A stretch of 64,000 bases of DNA from Rotaria socialis (lineage: Eukaryota), in assembly GCA_905331295.1 (NCBI GenBank), contig CAJNYD010000098.1, positions 1 to 64,000 on the forward strand, given 5' to 3'. Numbering within the stretch: the stretch's first letter is position 1; the number at the start of each line of letters is the position of its first letter. The notes beneath the pieces were generated by a model. The model saw only the letters and a list, made by a program, of their open reading frames with translations, did no database searches and was not told the DNA's origin. Position numbers and translations under genes: made by a program. Of this stretch, positions 52,404 through 64,000 are shown piece by piece.

Positions 52404-53712
52404 TTATTTTCTTTGAAATTCCGGATGATTAGTAAGATTATCTAATAGACAGTGTGGTCTAATTTTCTGTTCACAAATAAGATAAGCATCGCGAAACATC
52501 GGAAATTGATCTAATAAATTTCTTCCTTGAAGAAAACGATAAACTTCTTTAGCAGTTCCAGGACCCTGAAGTGATTGCCCATTGAGATCTTCTTTTTCGA
52601 TTTCCTTTAATGACTTATTTGTTTCAGCCAACTTTTTTGCTCCATTATAATTTCTTCCACCTAATGATGATGCAATTAAATCCGCAATGCCGCATGATTC
52701 TAAATAGATTTCTGCTGTGGATTCTTTTTCTACTAGACGACAAAAATTAACCATTTCTCGAAAACCTAATCTAAGAACCTAGACAAAAATAGAAAATTCG
52801 TTTCGACCTGTGGATGAATACATAAAAGAAAGTCAGAGAAACTTACAGCAGCGCGAGTATTAAAACCAGCTTTTAAACCATCGGCAAAACCAGCACACAT
52901 AGCAATGACATTTTTTAAACCACCAAGTATTTCAATAATCTCAACATCAGGATAAATACGTATGCGAAAAGAAGGTCCATCAATTATTTGTCGAACTGTT
53001 TCACTATGTTTATCATCACGAGAGCCAACTGTTGCTTCACAAAAAACTTTCTCAGCAACTTCTCGAGCAATATTAGCTAGAAAATAAGACGAATAATCGA
53101 ATGCACACAAATTTCAATAGTACTGAACAGACCTCCCATCATAGAAAGACAAGGAATATTTAATGTCTTTTTAATTACTTGTGAAACTAATAAAATATCA
53201 TTTGTTTCTTCATCAATGTAAAATCCCTGAAGTAAAAGAAAACAAAAAGTTTTCAATCGATTATTATATTCTATATCTAACTTTAATTAATGTTAATGCA
53301 AATGCACTTGGTTTCACTTTGTTTTTTAGTTCTTCACATGTTTTTTTAACAAATTGATGGGGTATAACAAATATAAGTATATCAGCATCTTTCACTGATT
53401 CACAAAGATCAGGTAAAGCGATAACATTGTCTGGAATTCGTTCATGTGGTAAATATTTTATATTTTCATGTTGTTCATTAATGACTTCTGTTAATTTACT
53501 ACCATCATCTAAGGTTTCTTCTTTACACCACATTAGAATTTTCTGTTCATATTCGTCTTTTAAATCAGCAATTTTATCAGCAATATGAATGGCACTTTAT
53601 TTAGAGATATTATTTATTTTTTAAATCAGCAATACAAAAAAGCTTACATTGTACTTCCCCAATTACCTGAGCCAACAATTGCAATTTTTTTCCGTTGTGT
53701 TGCTGATGTCAT
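52404..53712 (-). CDS. GPD1: Cytosolic NAD-dependent glycerol-3-phosphate dehydrogenase, 5 exons
   Basis: IVGSGNWGS, INEQHENIKYLP, DILIFVIPHQF, LIKG, GANIA, GGLKNVIA, ESCGIADLI, GGRN, LNGQSLQG. Confidence 0.97.
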
Positions 53713-53935
53713 TTTATTTATATTATAAACTACAACAAAAAACAAACAAAGTATTTTGAGATTATATCTAGTCGCTGTATAAAAATGAAAAGTATATCAT
53801 TGTTACTTTAAAAAAATATTGCGATACAATGCTCATTCATTCTATGACAAACATTTTTCTTCGCTTATCTGCACATCAAGTATGATTCAAGAACAAAACA
53901 AACTATACAACAAATTAGGCATATCAAATAGATGT

Positions 53936-54913
53936 TTATTGACGACTTAGTCGTTGACGAATATTGAATCCACGTAAGAACAAGGCATATGCAATCATTC
54001 CACATAAAATCACATAACCATTTATAATGGGAATTGAATAAGTCGGCTTTGTTGTTCGATTAAGTAATGTCTACAAATAAATAAAATCGTGTTTAAATTC
54101 AATTAGCAATCGTTCATATACATACTAGACAAGAGAACAACATATGTGTTATAACTACAAGGGCGGGGCCAAGATATCGATGAATTCCACCTTTATCCAA
54201 TGATGTAAAAAAAATAATATTCCAAAATGTATTTAAAAGAATAATGGCCAATGTTAGAAAAGCTAAGCAAATATAAAAGAAAAATTTTATTCAATCGTAT
54301 TCAAATATTGATTTACCTGTGGCAATAAAAAAATCTTGTGAATGTCCAAATATTCCAATCGTACCTGGACCAGTCATGTCACTCAACACATTAACTATAG
54401 AAAATGTTCCACTTATGAAACCAAAACCATAGCCGGCAGCTTCAATTAAAGAAAAAGAAAAACAAGTTTTATTTCAAACAAAACATCATCTAATGTGCTC
54501 TGTTAATTACCGTATGCTACAGCAAATCTATCAAAAGTCATTCCTTTTGCTGTTAACTCTTGCATTTGAACTGTTTGTAAAGAAAATTCAGCTTTCCTAA
54601 TAGAAATGGCACGCATTAAATTTTAAGAAAAGACAAAACTAAAAATATTTTTTTACTTAATAACAAGATAAAATAAATATCGAAAGATTTCTTGAAATAA
54701 CACAGCAAATGGTACTGCAAATGCAAGTTGATTACGTAATGGAACGACCGTAAACCAAAGTAGTGAAGACAATAGCATTGGTATTAACCAAAAAAATGCA
54801 CTTGTCATTGCAATAATAATACGAAAAGGATGATGTGCTATTGTGAACACAAACATTGAAAAAGGTATTCCATATGCAATTAAAGTACAACCAGTACATT
54901 CTAAAATCGTCAT
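53936..54913 (-). CDS. APH1: Gamma-secretase subunit APH-1, 5 exons
   Basis: MT..GCTLIAYG, PFRII, AFFWL, QEIFRY, GYGFGFISG (GxxxG), MTGPGTIG, LLNTFWNIIFF. Confidence 0.95.
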
Positions 54914-55006
54914 TATCTAAAATCAAATTTTTTTTAAATTAAAGAAAATTATGCTTAAATTTATATATTTTTTATTTTTGGTATCTATATTTAAAAAGAA
55001 AAGAAT

Positions 55007-58000
55007 CTAAGAAATCGAACGAACTGAAGTATCAATACGATGAGGTTCAACTAAATTTTTCATACGTGCAAACCATGGTTGAATTTTTGTATTGTTCATG
55101 AGATCTTGAAATGCATCACTGCCTTCAATAGCTGTTAGAATGCCATAAACATTTAAATCGGCAAGATTTGGTTCGAATCCACCTAAATAAAATAAAAAAA
55201 AAGCATGATAAACAAATTATTTCCTTAATAATATTTTAAATTCGAAAGAAAACCATACAAATAATGAAGAATAGTATATTTCATTGGATTATTATTAAAG
55301 TAAATTTGAGCCAAGAGAAATACTTATACCCTTCTAAAAATGTAAACTAGATAGATAGAAGCATTAACTAACATCAACTACTATGTCTGTCTGATGTAAA
55401 GAACTGTAATGCGAAACTAAGTTGGTCTACAAATGTGCCTCATAGTTGCATGTGAAATAATGTGTAGATACTTATCTAGTAAAAAAGCAAAAATGCCCTT
55501 CATCTGACAATAACATATGATGAGTACAATAATTCATTGTGGAAAAAGTTTTGGCATTGAAACATTAAAAGTATAAAACAAATTAAATGAATTGCATAGT
55601 ATTAGAATTTTTGATCGCAGCAGAGAAAAACAAGTCATTTCTAGTCTTGATCGTTGTCATTTATTTATTATTTCTATATTATACTTGATTAAACCTTTAT
55701 ACTTTGTAAACATGTACCTTCAGAAGATTTAATGAAGCATAGAATTATAATTAATTTAGAATATTTCATTATTAATCAAGCATGTCAACTATCGAAATAA
55801 TTCATCGAGCTAAGAGATTAGTTTCAATATTTTACATTTAATCGAATATTCTTTCTTCTACTCTTTATCCTATATTGAGTCATACTGACTCTAATATAAA
55901 GTTGAATCAAAACATTAAAAAAATATTCGGCAGAACCTGTAAGAAACTTAACACATAAAATATTCGCGTTCTTCTTATTTGTTACCAGAGTTATTGAAGT
56001 ATTTTTCAAATGAGTGAAAAAATTCCTTTTACTCTTTTTCATTTGTGTAGTTGCATTTTTATATGCGTGAAATTGACATATACATGAAACTACACATATG
56101 TAATCTATTTTCATAATAGCATTTGAAATTTTTGTTGTGTAAGTAAAAGTAACATTTTCCATCATCATGCGAATCATTCCTTTAATGTATTCATCGAGAA
56201 TAACATAAAAAAATGTTCAAAACTTGAATAGAATAAATAGTCAATGCAAAAAGCTTTCCACGATTTTTTTAGAAATTATTTCATCTTAATTAAAATGAGA
56301 TACAAATATAGGTGTTTTTGTTATGACTTTTTTTTATCCAGGCAACACATTAAGAATTGAAACAACTGGTTTTGAAGTGGAATTAGAACTAATTATTTCA
56401 TATTATCAAAAGAAAATGAAAAAAAACTGTATTTCATCCAAAACAATCACCTACGTACGCATCTGATAATGTTTTATTTTCGAAAATAATTCAGATTTTG
56501 TCATTTAAGACAAATAATCTCTTTTTTTTATACCTGTCATGTCCGTATAGCAATTTTGTGTATTTTATTAGTGCCAGTAATAAAGGATTGGAAATCAGGA
56601 TTACTTTAATTATATCAATCTTCGAACTAATACCTCATTTTAAAGTTATGCATCTAACTAGAACATCTTTTCTGCTAATGAGATGTAATGAACTGTAGTT
56701 CAATAGCAGTCATCACAAACTTCCCACTGCTATCGATAGGAATTTTCATATCAATTAAAGATAAAAACATGATATTATCATCATCATTTAATTGTTTGAA
56801 TTCAACATGTCACCGCCATGTAAATCTATATTTAGAATTCCACTGAATTAGTAATAAAAGAATAAATAAGAAATTTGAACTAAGTCTAAATGTATATAGT
56901 TGAAAGTAATCGAATTCTAGAAAATAAATAAACTACAGACAAACTTTTTCTTTTACAAAACTTAGCTAACTAAGAGATAGTTTAATTCAAACTAGAAACA
57001 AATGATTATCGCAATCAGTTCATGTATAACTTTAGCTTCAAAGTATAGTAAACATTTTAAAGTAAGNCGTCTTCTCTCCTCCAATCAATACAACAATGAC
57101 ATTATTCAAGCTGAAAAGCAGCAACTAAAAATTAATCCAACAACACCTAAGCAATCACCCCGTTTTCTGATTATATTATTTAAAAAAGCATAGTCTTACC
57201 ATGAAAATCTTTATCGCCAATAGTATTAACCCATTCGTCGCCACATTCATATAAAGAAATTCTAACATTGTCATTTAAATTATATTTTTTCTTCAGATGT
57301 ATTGCTACACCACGCATAACAATAGCTCCAAGATAAACAATAATCCAGCGTTGATACCATGGAAATATTTCTTCCCAATCACCAGCTTTTGAAAACCAAC
57401 GAAATGTACTAATGGATTGTCCTACTGTACAATAAATGTTTGGCGATATTACATGAACAAACTTATTATCGACCCATTCACGCCATTGGCGTTCAAATTC
57501 ATTTTCTTCATCAGATTTCTTTTTATCAGTATTTTCGGATTGAACTATTTTTGAATCATTATTAGACTGTGCCGTTGATCTTGAAAACAATTTAGCAAAA
57601 AATGATTTACTTTGCTTATTATTTGTTGATTGTTGTTCTTCATTAGTTGTTTCTAATCGATCCAATACTGCTGGTTCAAAAATGAAATATCTATTTGGAT
57701 AATTAAAACTTATATTTCCTTTTTGATCTTTTTGAACAATAGCTTCATATAAGTTGATAATATTTTTAAATTTTTTTGTTGGTTGACGTAAATAAGATTC
57801 AATAGCCGATATAATCATACTGGAATCGTTTAATTGTATCTGTTCATTTTCAATAACAACTATTGGTACTTTATTGTATAAAGACCATTTTGTTTCTGTA
57901 TGTGTTACACTATTCACTTCGACTATGTCGTATGGTATACGATTATAATTTAGATAAGCACGTACTTTACAGCAAAATGGGCTAAAAGTAAATAATAGAA

Positions 58001-58459
58001 TTGAAATACAAAAAACAATTTATTCTATCATACAGACCAAGTCACATATTGATAAAGTGTTATGTTAAACGGAAAGTTTTTTCTTGGTAAAGCATCAAAT
58101 GTAATATGTTTAGTCACGGGCGGTGGTACGGGACGAGTTTCTATAGCTTTTCGTTCAAGTAATTCAACGTTTGTAACATATTCAGGTAGATTCCCTTCAT
58201 GTTTTCTTACATGACGTAGAGCATAAATTGTACCAATTAGGGCTCCAGTAGCGATAGAAAATAAATAATAATGATAACGACGAAAACGGGGTGATTGCTT
58301 AGGTGTTGTTGGATTAATTTTTAGTTGCTGCTTTTCAGCTTGAATAATGTCATTGTTGTATTGATTGGAGGAGAGAAGACGAAGATTAAAAGACAGAAAG
58401 CTTCGACGAAATAAAGAAGAAGGAACACTTCGACTAGTTGAAATCAAACAGAGAGACAT
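55007..58459 (-). CDS. PTGES2: Prostaglandin E synthase 2 (mPGES-2; glutaredoxin/GST-like), 3 exons
   Basis: LYQYVTCPFCCKVRAYL across the intron, YNKVPIV, QLNDSSMIIS, WREWVDNKFVHVISPNIY, FHGGFEPNLADLNVYGIL. Confidence 0.96.
57068..57167 (+). repeat. Exact 100-bp inverted copy of PTGES2 exon 1 (58282-58381) next to an N
   Basis: Reverse-complement identity; begins immediately after the N at 57067. Confidence 0.9.
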
Positions 58460-60236
58460 TGGTTTAGATTGATCACAAATATATTACCATATAATGCAGT
58501 TAAATCATAATATAGTATGCATATATGCGTATATTTGATGGAAAGTGTCATTAACCAATAGAAATCAATCCTAAGGGGATGTCACTCATATACTAATGCA
58601 TAGAATCTTTCTCTATTTTATCAAAGCATTTGGAATATACAGATCCATATGATTTAATCAAGCTATGATATGTAGCCACAAATCAATCGATGTCTGATTT
58701 TTATGCACTCGAGCTTACATTAAACTAGATTGATGAATTGAGCTCTGCCAGAGAATGTACACGTATGTAATCGTATCTATATCGGACAGAGTTGTAAATA
58801 TCATTTAGTATACATGAAGATTTTTATACTCTAGAATATTTCTGTATATATATATATGCTATTTTGAACGATGCCAACTATTAATCCAAACGACTATCAA
58901 ACATCTTGCATCAAGCTTTAAAAATATTGAGTATAACGATCATGGGATCAGCGGGTACTAAATTTTTCATTTTAATAGCCTGTGGATAGGAAAAACATTG
59001 ATGTGTAAGACGTACACATAAGATGTCTGGACTATAATGAAAGCACTCATATTGCTCGTATTACTTACTTATTGCAAAGAAAAAATTTATGGCATTTCTA
59101 GAAAAATTTGAAAATCTTCATTAAACTAAAATAGTGGCACTAATGTCAATTGTCATAAAATATCACATAAAAGTATTTGAAATCATCACAATTCATTTTG
59201 TTCGAGACTAAACAGCAAAAGATCTTTGTTGGCGTATACAAAAATCTCAGAAATCTAAATGAAGAATTGATATTAACAAAAACAAAAACGATAGTAAACT
59301 GTAGCTAACAATAAAGATTATCGATTATGTATTCTTGTAATAGACATACTTTTAACTTGTATATAATCGTTGTTCCTAGAATAAAATATCAACAGAATTC
59401 AGTCGCATACGATTATTTTTGTAACAGGATTCGATTTAAATACAATAATCAGAAATTTTTAAAGGCCAAATATTCTTTCATTTAATATTCAGGGAACAAG
59501 AATATGAATTACGAAGATTTATAGAGTGGATTCTAAAGTTTAAATTTCACTATTGCATCTGTCGCTTTCATAGAATCTCTAGAGAAAACCAATTGAAATA
59601 TCGAAGACTATCATTTTGCTAGACGAAAAAAACAACATATTTATTTGAAATCGAATAAATGAAGTTATATTTTTTTATTGAACTACAACAAATCAGAAAC
59701 ATAGTTACTCGCAGACCGGTAAATACAGTACTATATCACCAATATACGTAAATTAATCTGAATATACTTTGGGAATTTGATGCAAGTCTAACATATAGTT
59801 TTGGATTACAAATATATTAGTCAAGTATCGCATCTCATGTTAGACTCGATGTCATTACGCAGCACTACTATTGGGTTCGGTGCGTTCGAAATCTTACATA
59901 TACACGTGTTTATCGATGCATACACACTATTCGCATCACCTAATGTCATGCATATTATAAGATCAATCATCAAGACGCGGCATGCGATTGCTTAACTAGC
60001 GAAAACAAAAACAAAAACAAAACAAACTATTATAAACTCGTCAAGTCTATGAAAAACTGTAAAAACATATCTATGAATTAGCTAACATTCTTTTTTATTT
60101 GCATTTATATTATTGTTATATGCAAATTCGACTATATATGCACTTGATCGCTACATCAATAAATATGTTTCTGCAGTGAACACAAATAAACGAAAAAAGA
60201 ATTTCGTAAATAAAATTTTGTTGAATTGGAATGCAA

Positions 60237-60778
60237 TTAATTCCATTGTATCATACGTTTTTGTGTAAGAACTCTTTCAATGACTTTTCGCCATTGTTTA
60301 CAACAAGAATTAGTCATTTGCCAGTCAGCTTTCATATTCATCTTTTCCAGGAACTATATAAGTTATTACTAAATGTGGACGATTAATTTTATAAAGACCA
60401 TAAAACCCTATTAAATAAAAATTAGGAAAAACAAACGTTTCATTTATTTGTGCTTTCTTCTCTTCTCTTACAAGCTTGAGCATGAATATTTGTAATGGCG
60501 AAAAGAGGTATATGTACAAAACCTCGATCTATACAGCAAGAAATACCGATAACTTGAGAAAATATACCGTCTTCTGTTAATACCAATTCCGCATTACCTA
60601 ATCTCTTTCGGTAGATAATATTAAAATTATTAAAATAGAAGATACTCGACAGACATACTTGAAAACGACCTCGTTCCGTTGTTTCATGATACCGAAAAGC
60701 TTCACATTTCGTTTGAAGAACTATTGCTGAACGTATTCGATCATAGTTTAGTTCCTTAGCCGAAAGGCAACAGCCCAT
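60237..60778 (-). CDS. Small protein with MGCC acylation motif and possible PH/GRAM-like fold; in-frame stop at 60327-60325, with plausible continuation in the +1 frame to 60237
   Basis: MGCCLS start, two ~55-65 nt GT-AG introns, beta-strand-like segments (ELVLTEDGI, HIPLFAI, HLVITY) and a Trp helix in the +1 frame. Confidence 0.55.
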
Positions 60779-61190
60779 ACTGGTAAAATGTATTTTACAC
60801 TATTTTTCACTCATCGAACAGTACTCCGGTGATCAATCCCATTTGTTCGTTTTCAACATATATACTTCAAGGATGAGTCAACTCAAGAAAACAACATAGG
60901 TAACTCTCATAAAATCAGTTTGTTAAGAAATAATAGATCGATTTCAAAAGTAGCAACAGATGTCATCAGAAAAATATAATGTTATTATATTTGAGAATAA
61001 ATTATCGCTTAGATTTTCGATCATTATCAGTTAAAAGTAGTTTCTAGCTACATTGTAATATGGTCTTATTTTTGCTTTTTCATATGATTAAGAAAAACGA
61101 CCTATAAAAAAAATAAACAGGTTCATCTACCAACAATAGCATCAAGCTTTCCATAATATATTCATTTCATTTCATATGTATATTGTATTA

Positions 61191-61218
61191 TCTCTCTCTC
61201 TCTCTCTCTCTCTTTCTC
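61191..61218. repeat. (TC)n microsatellite
   Basis: Directly visible. Confidence 0.85.
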
Positions 61219-61725
61219 TTTGTGTTATTGTGAATTGTCATTCGTATTTTCTCTCGCCTATATGTATTTACTTGTATTGTATGTGAGATCGAAATTCTAA
61301 ATTAAAATATATTCATTCGATAAACATTATTATGAAAAGCGGAGGTAAGAATACTTCATGATTTTATTGTTATAGTTCGCTTCACTACTCTGTGCTAGAT
61401 GTGCACTGCTAACCGCAATAACATGTTGTTTATTGTTTGTTTTTCATATTTTAATATATCTTTGCAATTAAGACAAATACAAATAAATATATACTCAGTA
61501 AAGCAGTATAAAAGATTTTATTTTGTATTGTCGATAGCTGCTTCTTAATTTAATTTACAAAATAATTTCCGATTTGAGACGCAAAATTTGTTCTATTGCG
61601 TAATTTTTCTTGCTATTAGGCTGTTGACAACAAAGAAAGAAGAACGATTAAACTACTCTTTCTGTTTCTTTCCACCTATAGAAACTGAAAAGGAGACGCA
61701 AAAGGTTTTTTTCTTGTTTGCTACC

Positions 61726-63374
61726 ATGTCTTTACATGACGATGACAACCTTGACGCCGATGATGTTTTACCATTTGCTGATTATGAAATTGCTGCTGAA
61801 GTTCATGTTGATCGTCCGACTTTTCATAACTCAAAACACAGTAATATTACAAGATTATCAAAGAAATCAAAAAAGAAACAATCCAATGTTGATAGTAATA
61901 ATGGACCTGTCAAGCTACACTACACATCGTCTTCTGTATATTTTGAAAATACGCAAGAAGAAAATAATTTCATAAAATTTATTCCATATACAGGACCAAG
62001 TAATACATTACATCTTGGGAAGTCTCTTTATCTTCCACAACTAATATCAAATACGGTTGATGATTCAACAGCTAGTTTTCAGCGTTTTATTCAAGATTAT
62101 GATCGAGTAATAGAATCTCTAACATCTTCATTGGAGAATGTGTCTCTTTCTGTTTATTTACGTTTTGGAATTTCGTACATAACAAAAATGGATACTACCC
62201 GTGATCAATCAATGTCACTTAGAGATTTTTCTATTCTTCGAATTCAAGGTTTTTATCAGAGAAAAACATTGAAATTCTTAAAATTAATATTTTGTTATTG
62301 TTTATCATAGGTAAAAAATTTAAAACATCATTCTATACATGCAAAGGTGTCACTTCACCAAAACGTCTTCTAACAACAATTATTAAACTTGATTATCATC
62401 AAATATCATCAAATACATATTCATATGAGGTACAATTATATGGAGTAAAGAATAATATACATACTATTATTCATTTTCAATATGACCAACAATTTTACTG
62501 TCACTCGGTATTTTTTCGACAAGATTATCCGATTAATTTTGATTTTATCCGTAATAAAACATCAAGTATATTTTGTTCCATCGATGATTCGTATTCTGAT
62601 ATATTCGATTTTCGCATTCAATTAGCACGAGGAACAAAATTATCAAAAACTGATCCTATTGTTTTGAATGCATTACGTGGTGTACCTATCGATCGAGTCT
62701 TATATATTGACACAAAAACTCAACTTTTACATGTTTCATCAAAATTAAACAAATTTGTTAAATATTTAAAAAGTACCCGTTCAAGTAGTTATAAAAATTT
62801 TGATGACCAATTTGTTATTCATATTGGTACATATGAAGAATTTCAATTAAATAGTCAAGGTGAATGTGAACCATTAATGAAAGCTTCGAATACAATGACA
62901 ATTGAGTTACTTGATGTAAAAACGAAACCATCAGGGAAAAAACTTTATGATACTGGAATGTGGTTTTCTACATTATGTCAAACGTGTGTTGATTTACCTA
63001 CAACAACAATAGGAGAGCATTCTAGTAAATCATGCAAGTGGTTTTCAAGTACATTTGGATGGGGAAAGAAATATAATCAATCCATAACACAAATGAATGT
63101 TAGCCAACTAACAACATATAAAACACATCAATCGAACGCAACTTATACAAATGAAGAATTAGTACTTGTAAAAAAAATTTTAAGTGAAGAAAATCTACGA
63201 AATGTTTTACTTAATAGAAATAAGGAGAAATCTAATGATAAAAATGATATTGAACAAACGTTTGAAGATATTATGAAAATATTGAAAGCAAGCGTTGCAC
63301 CATCAGCTGATGAAGCTATCAAAAAAGTTGAACGAGCATATCGTCTTATATGTAAAGAATTAGTACAGTCATAA
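61726..63374 (+). CDS. Unknown ~530-aa protein; intron 62249-62310
   Basis: Two long ORFs joined in phase by a 62-nt GT-AG intron, ATG in ACCATG context. No confident homology. Confidence 0.8.
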
Positions 63375-64000
63375 ATGTACTTTATTCTTTAATAAATTGT
63401 TTTTGGATAATATTTTTTTTACAAAGATTTTTCATTTATTACACACTGGTTTCAAAAAATGATTTTTGTTTACCTATAAACAACACAATATATTTAGTAG
63501 GTCATAATCCTCATTCATTTATATTTCTTGTAATTTAGAAACATAAATTGATCGTAAATATGCAGTGACAACGATAATTTGCTTTTTTTGACAATTTTTT
63601 AATTACCAATAATGTTTTACTTTGAAAATATTTAGAGAAAAATAGACTTCTTGAGAAAAAAAAGAGAAAAGAATACAGCGCACATATCAGTAATGAAAAA
63701 TTTTCGAAAGATACTTTCCTAAAAAACTACTTTCTTAACTTACGCTAGAGTAGCTGTGATATAATATTCATGGCAATTGTTTATCAACGTATTTATATGA
63801 AGAAGTTCTTTTGAATTTCGACATTATACATAAAATTTTCACAATTATAGTTCGCTTGATGTTAAATAAATCTTCTGGTTCATTTTGGTAATCAATATTA
63901 TACGTAGAAATAGGGATGAAAACTAAATCTAGACAAGCTTTAATAAAGTGTCATCAGAGTTTTTCATCAGAATTACCAGCCTTTTCAAAGATTGTTCGAG

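Noticed and set aside
52404..53712. GPD1 as a horizontally acquired gene
   Set aside because: Eukaryotic-type motifs and ordinary introns; no evidence of foreign origin visible.
57067..57167. Inverted exon copy inside the PTGES2 intron as a regulatory hairpin
   Set aside because: Exactly 100 bp, identical and abutting an N, so most likely a scaffolding or read-length artefact.

Overview
AT-rich eukaryotic (animal) genomic DNA with many 50-65 nt GT-AG introns. The style suggests a bdelloid rotifer, but this is inferred only from composition and intron size. I reconstructed about 15 genes by hand: CTDNEP1/Dullard, a CCDC160-like coiled-coil gene, an atypical Cdc42-like GTPase, a Tyr-repeat/RanBP2-zinc-finger gene, a Staufen-like gene, a DEPTOR-like gene, a TAP/ABCB9-like half transporter, SERINC, cyclin E, GPD1, APH-1, PTGES2 and three unknowns. 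Mobile DNA comprises three hAT-type MITEs with 8-bp TSDs, a deleted hAT element and Helitron-like 3' ends. Best leads: (1) an operon-like PTGES2>APH-1>GPD1 array whose first spacer has a poly(A) signal and a splice acceptor but no donor, suggesting SL trans-splicing; (2) a small MGCC-start gene that needs a +1 shift at AGC-UGA-C; (3) a TAP2-like degenerate ABC signature; (4) an invertebrate DEPTOR. Homology calls come from remembered motifs, not database searches.
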